32,000 bases of DNA, from assembly GCA_039920285.1 (NCBI GenBank), contig JBDSDX010000001.1, positions 90,001 to 122,000 on the forward strand. The letters run 5' to 3'. Below the pieces are notes generated by a model. The model did not search any database. It was not told the DNA's origin and saw only the letters and a program-made list of their open reading frames with translations. The stretch's first letter is position 1; each line of letters starts with the position of its first letter. Both the position numbers and the translations under genes were made by a program. Positions 7,775 to 15,254 of this stretch are shown in pieces. This DNA comes from Candidatus Saccharimonadota bacterium. GTDB taxonomy: Bacteria; Patescibacteriota; Saccharimonadia; Saccharimonadales; Saccharimonadaceae.

Positions 7775-7930
7775 GATAACAGCCCGGAGTCAGCCAGATA
7801 ATTTGTGCAGTCGATAGTCCGATCGGGCAACCGACCGCCACTCTCACAGTGTCCCCGTCGGCCCGTACTTCTAACCCTGAAAGCGCTACAGGTTTACGTG
7901 CAGACGACGATCGGTGTGGATTCGGCCCAA
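7775..7930. other. GC-rich, hairpin-dense non-coding block (candidate ncRNA or insertion scar; unidentified)
   Basis: There is an abrupt switch from the AT-rich spacer to a GC-rich segment that is open in several frames on both strands. Two long hairpins lie at 7824-7865 and 7864-7898. They are bracketed by imperfect direct repeats sharing GTGCAG and CGATCGG (7805-7826 and 7898-7914). Confidence 0.3.
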
Positions 7931-7933
7931 AGG

Positions 7934-7966
7934 AAAACCCCCGCAGAATTGTCTGTCGTCGGGGGT
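7934..7966 (-). terminator. intrinsic terminator downstream of tRNA-Ser(GGA)
   Basis: The minus strand reads CCCCCGacgaCAGAcaatTCTGCGGGGG followed by TTTTCCTTT. Confidence 0.55.
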
Positions 7967-7982
7967 TCAAATATAGGTCTTG

Positions 7983-8072
7983 TGGCGGAGAGAACAGGAT
8001 TCGAACCTGCGGTGACATTGCTGCCACACACGCTTTCCAAGCGTGCGCCTTCAACCACTCGGCCACCTCTCC
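7983..8072 (-). tRNA. tRNA-Ser (anticodon GGA), CCA encoded
   Basis: Hand-folded sequence GGAGAGG-T-GGCCGAGTGGTTGAAGGC...CACGC-TTGGAAA-GCGTG, then a long variable arm, then CAGG-TTCGAAT-CCTG-TTCTCTCC-G-CCA. 90 nt, a class II tRNA. Confidence 0.95.
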
Positions 8073-8083
8073 ATTCGTCCATT

Positions 8084-8112
8084 AGTATACTATTGTCATT
8101 TCCACGCCACAA
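8084..8112 (-). promoter_or_regulatory. putative tRNA-Ser promoter (-35 TTGTGG, 17 nt, -10 TATACT)
   Basis: The minus strand reads TTGTGGcgtggaaatgacaatagTATACT, ending 11 nt before the tRNA 5' end. Confidence 0.45.
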
Positions 8113-8118
8113 TTACCG

Positions 8119-8147
8119 TTGTATCTGATAGCGTTGCCTCGCATAAT
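8119..8147 (+). promoter_or_regulatory. putative leaderless promoter of the ABC operon (-35 TTGTAT, 17 nt, -10 CATAAT, then 7 nt to the ATG)
   Basis: TTGTAT (8119-8124), a 17-nt spacer, then CATAAT (8142-8147), then agaggca, then the ATG at 8155. Confidence 0.5.
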
Positions 8148-8154
8148 AGAGGCA

Positions 8155-8919
8155 ATGGCTAAGACTCCTGCCCCTACTGTCATCTTACTCAAAGACCTCA
8201 AAAAGCGGTTTGGGCTTGGTGATGCCGAACACTATGCCATCGATGGCATCGATTTGACGATTAAAAGGGGTGAGTTTATCGCGATCATGGGTCCGAGCGG
8301 TTGCGGCAAGACGACACTTCTCAATATATTAGGCTTGCTCGATAGCGATATCGAGGGTGAGTATGAACTCGATGGCAAGCACGTCGCGGCACTGAGTTCA
8401 CGCAAGCAAGCCCGCATTCGTTCACAGCAAATCGGCTTTATTTTCCAAAGTTTCAATCTTATTTCACGATTAAATGTCATCGAAAACGTCGCGTTACCTT
8501 TGACCTACAAAGGTCTCCCCCGCCTGACACGTACCAAGCTCGCAAGCAAAATCCTACACAACTTCCATCTTGGCGAACGGGAATTTTATATGCCACATCA
8601 ACTGTCCGGTGGCCAAACCCAACGTGTGGCGATTGCGCGCGCATTGGTAAACGACCCTTCAATCATCTTGGCCGACGAACCAACTGGTAACCTCGATACT
8701 CGCGCCAGTCACATCATCATGGAAGAGTTGTCAGACCTCCATCGTCGTGGCAACACGATTATCATGGTCACTCACAACCCTGAACTTGTCTCGTATGCCA
8801 GTCGCGTCATCTTGATGCTCGATGGTAAGATCGCCAAAGATACCAAGAAACAACCACGCGTTCGAAAGTCGGGTAAGAAACCACTTGGTAAAAGGAAGAA
8901 AGAAGCGGTAGCAGCATAA
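8155..8919 (+). CDS. ABC transporter ATP-binding protein (MacB/LolD/FtsE-like, COG1136 type)
   Basis: Walker [10 protein letters not shown], signature [15 protein letters not shown], Walker [12 protein letters not shown], and an H-loop VTHN. The C-terminal tail is unusually basic ([24 protein letters not shown]). I chose the ATG at 8155 rather than the TTG at 8119. Confidence 0.9.
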   Translation: MAKTPAPTVILLKDLKKRFGLGDAEHYAIDGIDLTIKRGEFIAIMGPSGCGKTTLLNILGLLDSDIEGEYELDGKHVAALSSRKQARIRSQQIGFIFQSFNLISRLNVIENVALPLTYKGLPRLTRTKLASKILHNFHLGEREFYMPHQLSGGQTQRVAIARALVNDPSIILADEPTGNLDTRASHIIMEELSDLHRRGNTIIMVTHNPELVSYASRVILMLDGKIAKDTKKQPRVRKSGKKPLGKRKKEAVAA

Positions 8920-10151
8920 TGCGCTCTCTTCTCTTTACCCACATCGGCAATGCTCGCCAATCATTAAAGAGTAATCAGCTGCGAAGTGCGTTGACGATGT
9001 TCGGCATCACGATTGGTGTTGCGAGCATTACAACAATATTGGCACTGAGCAGTGGCGCGAGTAAGATTGTCAGCGATCAAGTCGATGCCCTCGGTGGCAA
9101 CATTGCGGTGATTCGTCCTGGCCAGCAATCAGATAAGCCTTTAGAAGACCTCGCTCAATTCCCTGGCCGTCAAAACTTCGCCGCCAGCACATTATCTGAG
9201 AATGATCTCACCACCGTTCGTACACTGGCACACGTCCAAGCAGCCGCGCCTATCATGGTCCTCACCGGTGGCGTCAAGGCCGACTCTGATGCGCCAGCCG
9301 GCACACCCATTGTTGCAACGACTCCCGATCTCGCTGTTACCAATAACTTAGCAGTTCGCGTAGGTCAGTTCCTCGACCCAGACCTCAGCCCCGATACTGC
9401 CGTTATTGGGCCTCAGCTTTCGGTTGATGTCTACGGAACAGAAGAATCAATCGGCAAGACCATCACCATTCGTAACAAACCCTTCACTGTTATTGGCATC
9501 CTGAAACGAACGAACAACCCGATCAACTACAACGGTGTCGATTTCGATAACTCAGTTATCATCAATCAAGAAAATGGTCGCATTATGAACCAAGGCTCGC
9601 TACAGATCCAACAAATAAATGTGCGCAGTGACACCGTTGATAGCTTGTCGCAGGTTATTATCGATACCAATAAAGCGCTGCTAAAGAATCACCTCAACCA
9701 AGCCGATTTCACTGTCTTATCAGGTGATCAGATCGCCCAGCCAACCAATCGCCTCTTCAACGCAATTGCCGGCACCACTACTGCCGTCGCAGCTATCTCA
9801 CTTCTCGTTGGCGGTATTGGTATTATGAATATCATGTTAGTGAGTGTTGCCGAACGAACCCGTGAAATCGGCATTCGAAAAGCGCTCGGCGCCAGCAACG
9901 GCGATATTGTTGCGCAGTTCCTTATTGAATCCCTCGCTCTCAGTATTGGTGGTGGTATCCTTGGCTATGTCATTGGTTATTTATTAGCTTTTGGTATTAG
10001 CACATTCCTCACATTCGATCCTGTGTTCAGCTGGCAAATCGCCGCTATCGCTATCGGCGTGTCATTATTCATCGGCACTATTTTCGGCATCTACCCAGCA
10101 GTTCGGGCATCGAAAAAAGACCCTATCTCAGCACTTCGCCAATACGATTAA
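8919..10151 (+). CDS. ABC transporter permease, MacB/FtsX family
   Basis: One N-terminal TM segment, a large periplasmic domain, and a C-terminal FtsX-type 3-TM bundle (GGIGIMNIMLVSVAERTREIGIRKALGA). The start overlaps the ATPase stop (TAATG). Confidence 0.87.
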   Translation: MRSLLFTHIGNARQSLKSNQLRSALTMFGITIGVASITTILALSSGASKIVSDQVDALGGNIAVIRPGQQSDKPLEDLAQFPGRQNFAASTLSENDLTTVRTLAHVQAAAPIMVLTGGVKADSDAPAGTPIVATTPDLAVTNNLAVRVGQFLDPDLSPDTAVIGPQLSVDVYGTEESIGKTITIRNKPFTVIGILKRTNNPINYNGVDFDNSVIINQENGRIMNQGSLQIQQINVRSDTVDSLSQVIIDTNKALLKNHLNQADFTVLSGDQIAQPTNRLFNAIAGTTTAVAAISLLVGGIGIMNIMLVSVAERTREIGIRKALGASNGDIVAQFLIESLALSIGGGILGYVIGYLLAFGISTFLTFDPVFSWQIAAIAIGVSLFIGTIFGIYPAVRASKKDPISALRQYD

Positions 10152-11206
10152 AGTTCTTTTTTAAGTTTTTCGATCAATGCAACTGGTGTAGGATCAACGC
10201 CGTTCAAAACAGCAGTGTAAATACTTGAGAAATCAGCCAAGATACAGCCCCAGAGCAGCTGTGCGATGATTGAATCGCCCTTGAGTGTGATTGTGTTCGC
10301 TTTTGGTCGCATGCCACTCAGAAGACGGTCAGACAGTTCAAATCGTTTTAAGATTTGCGGGTGCTCAAGTGGACTAATGAGATCAAAGACGACAAATGGT
10401 TTTTCAACTGGGTGTGAGGTCCAACCCATAAACTCGTTGTGATTGAATTCAGAGAACTCATTCCAAAAAGCGAGATTCTTCGCTGTTTCGTTCCAGCTAA
10501 TTTTCCATTTATACGCCAAAGGTGCAGTCAATGGGCCGCCATAGAATACTGGTGTTTTACCGACAGCTGTTTCGGCAAGTTGTTTGGCATAGTTATGTTC
10601 AGTTGGAACATCGGCGTGCCACTGCGCGCTTTCTGCTTCAAGCCAGTCACTCAGTTCAGTAATTTCTTGAGATTTACCTTCAACGAGACCGAAGTTTTCA
10701 AATAGCGCGATTAAAGCTTTTAGATTGTAAATCATTGCCATGCGCGGTTGTAGTCCAGATGGAATCTCTTCCAGCGTGGCATGTGCATGCGCGATCGTCT
10801 GATCTTCAGCGTGTTCAATCAACTGACCACCCGAAGCGATGATGCCGATCTGTGCACCCTTTTGTTTTGCTTGCTCTAATGCGCTCAACGTTTCTTCGGT
10901 ATTACCCGAATAGCTACTGGCGATCACCAACGTGTGTTCGTCGATGTATTCCGGCAAATCGTAGCCGCGAATAATTTCAAAAGGAACTTTCAAGTCATCT
11001 TTCAGCCACACCTTCGCGATCAAAGCTGCCAAGGCAGATCCGCCCATGCCGGTCAGGACAATAGAAGTAATGTCACGACCGTCGTGATCTTCTTCATGAA
11101 GTTGTGCGTCAAAAGCCGCTTGTTTATATTGCTCAGCTGAGACCTTCAACGCACCTTCAGGATCGCGTTGCTGCAGCACGTTTGGATTGTCGAGCACATC
11201 GCTCAT
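10148..11206 (-). CDS. bifunctional phosphoglucose/phosphomannose isomerase (SIS-domain PGI/PMI)
   Basis: ~350 aa with SIS motifs (LTGMGGSALAA, VIASSYSGNTEETL). The size and layout match the archaeal-type PGI/PMI family. Its stop overlaps the permease stop (TTAA). Confidence 0.78.
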   Translation of the reverse strand: MSDVLDNPNVLQQRDPEGALKVSAEQYKQAAFDAQLHEEDHDGRDITSIVLTGMGGSALAALIAKVWLKDDLKVPFEIIRGYDLPEYIDEHTLVIASSYSGNTEETLSALEQAKQKGAQIGIIASGGQLIEHAEDQTIAHAHATLEEIPSGLQPRMAMIYNLKALIALFENFGLVEGKSQEITELSDWLEAESAQWHADVPTEHNYAKQLAETAVGKTPVFYGGPLTAPLAYKWKISWNETAKNLAFWNEFSEFNHNEFMGWTSHPVEKPFVVFDLISPLEHPQILKRFELSDRLLSGMRPKANTITLKGDSIIAQLLWGCILADFSSIYTAVLNGVDPTPVALIEKLKKEL

Positions 11207-11278
11207 CAGTATTGCCCACTCATATGTGACTATGATACAGTATTTTTAAACGAAGCATAAGTAGTATAAAGGGTGGGC

Positions 11279-11761
11279 ATGGATATTACTCCGCAAGAAA
11301 ACACGCAACAACCAATTAGTGATGACCAAGATCTTGCGAAAGCTCTTGCTGGCGTCATGCCAGACGTCCCAGAACCAGTGATCCAAGAAGCTCCTGGTAC
11401 CCCTGAAATTGTTGGAACTATTCTCCCCCCGGTTGTTCCTACTGCTGACCCGCTTCCGACACCGAGCGTGCCTCCTGTTGTCGCACCGCTTACTCCAGCT
11501 CCCGTTGCTGCAACTGACCTCGAAAGCATCAAGAAGGGCGCCCTTGGCGAACTTCGTCCATTGATTGACCGTGTCGACCTCCCAGCTGAAGAAAAATTCG
11601 ACACCTATCTTATGCTCATTCGTAGCACCGATGACCAAACATTGGTTGCACCTGCCTACGCATCTGCTCAAGCAATTACCGATGAAAAAAGAAAAGCCGA
11701 AGCGCTTCTCGACATCGTGAAGGAAATTGACTACTTATCGCGAGATAATAAAGCAGTTTAA
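11279..11761 (+). CDS. hypothetical Pro-rich protein
   Basis: An ORF with a low-complexity Pro/Val/Thr-rich N-terminal half and a helical C-terminal half. AAAGGG lies 5 nt upstream of the ATG at 11279 (the track start is a GTG at 11273). The antisense ORFs here are composition artefacts. Confidence 0.5.
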   Translation: MDITPQENTQQPISDDQDLAKALAGVMPDVPEPVIQEAPGTPEIVGTILPPVVPTADPLPTPSVPPVVAPLTPAPVAATDLESIKKGALGELRPLIDRVDLPAEEKFDTYLMLIRSTDDQTLVAPAYASAQAITDEKRKAEALLDIVKEIDYLSRDNKAV

Positions 11762-11762
11762 C

Positions 11763-11792
11763 AAAAATCCGGCCCACAAGGACCGGTTTTTA
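11763..11792. terminator. bidirectional intrinsic terminator between convergent genes
   Basis: AAAAAT-CCGGCCCacaaGGACCGG-TTTTTATTTT. The stem has one mismatch and T-runs are present on both strands. Confidence 0.5.
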
Positions 11793-11794
11793 TT

Positions 11795-13420
11795 TTAGTA
11801 ACCTTGTGGCGATATACCTGGTTCTTTTTCTGGAATGTCCACAACCAGTGCGCCCATAGTCGCTGCAGTTGCGGCAATTGAGACGGCGTTTTGAACCGCT
11901 TCTTTCGTGACCCGAGCTGGGTCGATAACACCGGCTTTCTTCATATCAATAAGTCCCGCATCCGCTTGCATGACATCGACACCTTGACCAGGCTTGCCTG
12001 CTTCAACTTGAGCCAGTAGTGCCTCGGCGTTGAGTCCAGCGTTCAATGTAATCTGAATAAACGGCTGCTTTAAGGCGTCCTTTAAGATTTGACGGCCCGC
12101 ATTAATTGAATCTGAGCCGTCTGCTTTTATCTTACCGGCGATATTCACCAATGTGACCCCTCCGCCAGCAACGATACCTTCTGCTAGTGCCGCTTTCGTT
12201 GCAGCAACCGCATCGTCGACACGGAATTTCTTCTCATCAATTTCAGTTTCAGTCGCTCCACCGACTTTAATGATCGCAACCTTACCGCTCAAACTCGCAG
12301 CGCGAGTTTCAAGTTGGTCTTTATCATAGTTCCCAGTCGCGCGTTCTGTGGCTGCATGAATCTCTTCGATACGCGCCTTGATGCGTGCCGGCTTGCCGGC
12401 ACCCTCAATAATCGTCGTATTTTCTTTCGTCACAATAACTTTACGCGCGGTGCCGATAACATCAAGTTCTGCGTTCTCGAACGTCAAACCTATCTCATCA
12501 CTTATGACTTGAGCACCTGTTAAGATCGCGATGTCTGACAACATGTCTTTACGACGATCACCAAATGACGGTGCGTTAATCGCGACTGTATTGAAAACAC
12601 CTTTAATTTTATTGAGAACAAGCACCGACAGTGCTTCACCCTCAATTTCATCAGCAATCAAAACGACATCTTTCTTACCCGCAGCGGCAAGTTTTTCTAG
12701 TAATGGCAAAAATTCTTGGATACTACTGACTTTTTTATCGGTTACAATGATCGCCGGCCGTTCATAAATCGCTTCTTGGCGCCCGACATCAGTTACAAAG
12801 AATTGGCTGACAAAACCCTTATCAAAAGTAAATCCTTCAACAACTTCTGAGGAAAGTTCGAGTCCCTGGCTCGCTTCAACCGTCACCACGCCTTCCTTGC
12901 CCACTTTTCCGATCACATCAGCAATCAGCTTCCCAATCTCAGCATCACCGGCGCTAATCGTCGCGACTTCTGCCACTCGATCAGACTTACCTTCGATTGT
13001 TTCGGCAAGTTTCCCCAGTGCAACGACAACTTCATCACCCGCCGATTCGATTCCCCGACGGAGTTCCTGCGCATTGTGTCCAGCAGCAATAAGTTTATGC
13101 GCTTCTTTCAAGATACTGTAGGTCAACACAGTTACGGTTGTCGTCCCGTCACCGGCCAACTTATTAAGATTTTTGGCTGCTTCTTTAATTAGTTCTGCGC
13201 CAACCTTATAGCCCAACGTTTCATCATCGATTTCAGGTAAATCAATTGCTTCAGCGACAGTTACCCCATCATGTGTTACTGTTGGGCCTCCGTACCCTTT
13301 ACCAATAACAACGTTTCGACCCTTTGGTCCATAGGTTACTTTGACTGCATCGTATAGTGCTTTGGCACCACCGAGTACGCGGGCTCGTGCATCATCGTCA
13401 TAAAATACTTTCTTCGCCAT
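11795..13420 (-). CDS. groEL: chaperonin GroEL (60 kDa)
   Basis: MAKKVFYDDDARARVLGG..., AGDGTTTVTVL and GGVTLV. 541 aa. SD AGGAG. Confidence 0.97.
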   Translation of the reverse strand: MAKKVFYDDDARARVLGGAKALYDAVKVTYGPKGRNVVIGKGYGGPTVTHDGVTVAEAIDLPEIDDETLGYKVGAELIKEAAKNLNKLAGDGTTTVTVLTYSILKEAHKLIAAGHNAQELRRGIESAGDEVVVALGKLAETIEGKSDRVAEVATISAGDAEIGKLIADVIGKVGKEGVVTVEASQGLELSSEVVEGFTFDKGFVSQFFVTDVGRQEAIYERPAIIVTDKKVSSIQEFLPLLEKLAAAGKKDVVLIADEIEGEALSVLVLNKIKGVFNTVAINAPSFGDRRKDMLSDIAILTGAQVISDEIGLTFENAELDVIGTARKVIVTKENTTIIEGAGKPARIKARIEEIHAATERATGNYDKDQLETRAASLSGKVAIIKVGGATETEIDEKKFRVDDAVAATKAALAEGIVAGGGVTLVNIAGKIKADGSDSINAGRQILKDALKQPFIQITLNAGLNAEALLAQVEAGKPGQGVDVMQADAGLIDMKKAGVIDPARVTKEAVQNAVSIAATAATMGALVVDIPEKEPGISPQGY

Positions 13421-13428
13421 ATCGTCTC

Positions 13429-13692
13429 CTAAACCGTCGCCAAAATGTCCTCTTCACGGACAATTAAGTATTGGGTAGTATCAATTTTTACTTCAGTCGT
13501 TGAGTATTCTTTGTAGAGAATCGTATCGCCTACTTTAACGGTCTTCACGGTTGGTCCAACAGCCACAACTGTCGCTGTGACCGGTTTTTCTTGAGTAGTG
13601 TCGGGTAAATAGAGTCCGCTTGCCGTCTGCGAACTAGTCTCAGTTCGTACCGCAACGACACGATCGGCCAAAGGCTTAATTGGGGTCTTCAT
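13429..13692 (-). CDS. groES: co-chaperonin GroES
   Basis: MKTPIKPLADRVVAV... has the typical GroES N-terminus. SD GGAGG lies 7 nt upstream of the ATG at 13692. A second in-frame ATG at 13695 is only 4 nt from the SD. Confidence 0.93.
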   Translation of the reverse strand: MKTPIKPLADRVVAVRTETSSQTASGLYLPDTTQEKPVTATVVAVGPTVKTVKVGDTILYKEYSTTEVKIDTTQYLIVREEDILATV

Positions 13693-13746
13693 CATATTTC
13701 CTCCGAGTTCTTATACTCTTATTCTAGTCAGAAAATCTTAAAAAAT

Positions 13747-13773
13747 CTAGCACTTGTGGACGTTGAGTGCTAA
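13747..13773. promoter_or_regulatory. CIRCE operator (HrcA binding site) upstream of groES
   Basis: cTAGCACTt-N9-GAGTGCTAA against the consensus TTAGCACTC-N9-GAGTGCTAA. The right arm matches 9/9 and the left arm 7/9. Confidence 0.85.
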
Positions 13774-13782
13774 TGCTTAAAA

Positions 13783-13812
13783 TTGACATTTTTACGAAGT
13801 GTATGGTAATTT
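13783..13812 (+). promoter_or_regulatory. putative promoter for the 13844 gene (-35 TTGACA, ~18 nt, -10 TAATTT)
   Basis: A perfect TTGACA at 13783-13788 and TAATTT at 13807-13812, divergent from groES. Confidence 0.4.
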
Positions 13813-13843
13813 TAGAGGTAATAACACCTCAAAAACAAAAAAT

Positions 13844-14737
13844 ATGACCTCCGAAGAAACCACCTTTCCCGAAAACAATCAAACAACAAGCGAAGTTGTT
13901 AATTTCTTTCGAGGCGCTTCCGATGCCGTTGATGCCTTGCAAGATAATCCCGGCTTTATCGGATATATGACACAACATAATATTGCTTTCGATGATACCC
14001 AGGAGGCGTACTGGGACGCAGTTAGTTTCGTCGCTAATCGTTCAATCGAACTCGGTGCCCAAGGTGACCCAAATGGTCCTGAAGCAAAAGCATTTGCACT
14101 CGCCGCTCGAGCACCTAGTTTCATGTTTAAACAACTTGCCCTTGCAGCCGATCAAGAACATGCAAAAGCGACACGAAAACCCGGTAACCGTGAGGGTGAC
14201 CACCTCTTAACGAGAGGTGTAAAAGACCAGTACGTCGAGTCGGCGAGTAATTTTAACGGTATGATTCGTGATTTCATTGAATCACGAATTGATATGCAGT
14301 CCTCGACATTTACGACACTTCTTACCGAATCAGCCAACCTCGGTCTCGACCGTAATTTTGTACAAAAATCAGCTGAACTTATGAGCGGTACGGTCTCCGG
14401 CGTGCGTACAGAACTTGGGTTTGAACAAAAACTCAGTGCAGCGGGTATCAGATATCGACGTGGAACGACCCAGGACGACGTGAAAGGAATTGATTATATC
14501 GTTGAAGGCGTACCGATTGATGTAAAATCATCTCTTTTCAAGATGCTTGAAGAGGGTAAACCAGAAGATCAGGATAAGCCGTTTCTCTTTAAAAATGGCA
14601 AATGTATCTATTATCCATACGAAACTGACCGTGATTATGCCGATGGTACCTTCAAACTGAAGGAAGATTCACTCGTCGATCGCGCTCAACAGATCAGCGA
14701 AGACATTGAATACTTCAAGCGCTACTTGCATTTATAG
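13844..14737 (+). CDS. hypothetical protein with C-terminal Mrr-like PD-(D/E)xK nuclease motif
   Basis: I took the start at the ATG at 13844 (MTSEETT...). The C-terminal ELGFEQKLSAAGIRYRRGTTQDDVKGIDYIVEGVPIDVKSS fits the Mrr-cat pattern FE...G...D.GID(x)n(D/E)xK. I did not recognise the N-terminal ~190 aa. Confidence 0.6.
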   Translation: MTSEETTFPENNQTTSEVVNFFRGASDAVDALQDNPGFIGYMTQHNIAFDDTQEAYWDAVSFVANRSIELGAQGDPNGPEAKAFALAARAPSFMFKQLALAADQEHAKATRKPGNREGDHLLTRGVKDQYVESASNFNGMIRDFIESRIDMQSSTFTTLLTESANLGLDRNFVQKSAELMSGTVSGVRTELGFEQKLSAAGIRYRRGTTQDDVKGIDYIVEGVPIDVKSSLFKMLEEGKPEDQDKPFLFKNGKCIYYPYETDRDYADGTFKLKEDSLVDRAQQISEDIEYFKRYLHL

Positions 14738-14757
14738 TCATTTTGTGCTATTATAAT
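14726..14757 (+). promoter_or_regulatory. strong promoter for the small ORF (-35 TTGCAT, 17 nt, extended -10 TGcTATTAT overlapping TATAAT)
   Basis: TTGCAT (14726-14731) overlaps the stop of the upstream gene. TGcTATTATAAT spans 14746-14757. Confidence 0.55.
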
Positions 14758-14792
14758 ACAGTTCAATTCGCATCGAGAGAGGAGGAACTGAT

Positions 14793-15095
14793 ATGAGCTC
14801 CCCACCATCGGGTACACCCGCTATGGAGGAGATCGTTGGTTCCGCAGTGACTGTACGTAGTCTATTTCTGGAGAGCGTCGCCAAGAATGAGGACATGTCC
14901 TTTTTCCTGGTGTCGTCCGACAGGATGATTACGGCCCGCATAACGGGCCACAGGAATCCCCCACACCGCAATGAGATTGTCGTGAGACTGACCAATGACG
15001 AAATGTTCGTCATCATGCATATTCCCAACCAGGATGACGCGAAGGTTTTCGCTCACATCTACGACCTCGCCAGTGGTTCTCCTCATGCAGAGTAG
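14793..15095 (+). CDS. hypothetical 100-aa protein (locally GC-rich)
   Basis: A perfect SD AGGAGG lies 7 nt upstream of the ATG. The gene has its own promoter and a strong terminator downstream. I recognised no family. Overlapping minus-strand ORFs lack an RBS. Confidence 0.55.
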   Translation: MSSPPSGTPAMEEIVGSAVTVRSLFLESVAKNEDMSFFLVSSDRMITARITGHRNPPHRNEIVVRLTNDEMFVIMHIPNQDDAKVFAHIYDLASGSPHAE

Positions 15096-15132
15096 AACCA
15101 TAAATAAAGGGCAGCAATGCTCTCAAAGTCGT

Positions 15133-15173
15133 CGGGAAATCCCCGATGCCCCCGTGTTCGAAAGAATGCGGGG
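15133..15173 (+). other. two stable hairpins in the 3' region of the small ORF, one capped by a GAAA tetraloop
   Basis: CGGG-aaatc-CCCG at 15133-15145. A second hairpin, CCCCGTGTTC-GAAA-GAATGCGGGG at 15150-15173, forms a 10-bp stem including two G-U pairs. Confidence 0.4.
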
Positions 15174-15190
15174 ACAACCAGTCTTTATCA

Positions 15191-15226
15191 CCCCGCGCTC
15201 CTCACCGAGCGCGGGGTTCGTTTTTT
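15191..15226 (+). terminator. strong intrinsic terminator
   Basis: CCCCGCGCTC-ctcacc-GAGCGCGGGG followed by TTCGTTTTTT. Confidence 0.85.
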
Positions 15227-15241
15227 ATGTCGACCCTACTG

Positions 15242-15247
15242 TACAAT
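15242..15247 (+). promoter_or_regulatory. -10 TACAAT 7 nt upstream of the FemAB-family ATG (putative leaderless)
   Basis: ctgTACAATagatgtaATG. No SD is present. Confidence 0.4.
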
Positions 15248-15254
15248 AGATGTA

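Noticed and set aside
7775-7930. Identity of the structured block as SRP RNA, tmRNA, RNase P RNA or a second tRNA.
   Set aside because: I could not find the SRP helix-8 motif (GGAA tetraloop with AGCA/GGCA loops), a tmRNA T-arm/ACCA end or tag ORF, or the RNase P GAGGAAAGUCCGGGC box. The GGATTCGG similarity to the tRNA T-arm is only 7-8 nt. I kept the block as unidentified.
5560-8072. An integrated mobile element or genomic island at the 3' end of tRNA-Ser carrying the two-gene cassette.
   Set aside because: I found no integrase, recombinase or transposase, no direct repeat of the tRNA 3' end at the far side, and cassette GC similar to the flanks. An accessory location remains plausible, but a mobile element cannot be supported.
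7764-8128. Four overlapping ORFs of 72-107 aa on both strands (7764-8066, 7805-8128, 7849-8085, 7894-8112).
   Set aside because: They run through the tRNA-Ser(GGA) gene and its terminator. Frames open on both strands reflect GC-rich structured RNA or DNA, not coding sequence.
11230-11671. Minus-strand ORFs of 124 and 141 aa antisense to the Pro-rich gene.
   Set aside because: They are Gly/Ser/Thr- or Arg-rich mirror images of a Pro-rich coding region and have no RBS. They are a typical composition artefact.
14738-15101. Minus-strand ORFs (14738-15028 and 14862-15101) overlapping the 100-aa plus-strand ORF.
   Set aside because: Neither has an SD or promoter. The plus-strand frame has a perfect AGGAGG, a near-consensus promoter and a downstream terminator. 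The open antisense frames are explained by the locally high GC.
15117-15254. A 46-codon N-terminal extension of the FemAB-family ORF (track start 15117). Similar extensions occur at 1228-1311 (zwf), 16234-16299, 21102-21119, 26686-26805 and 26745-26762.
   Set aside because: The 15117 extension reads through hairpins and a strong terminator. The others overlap upstream genes or lack family-typical N-termini. The internal ATGs give canonical N-termini and have SD or -10 signals.
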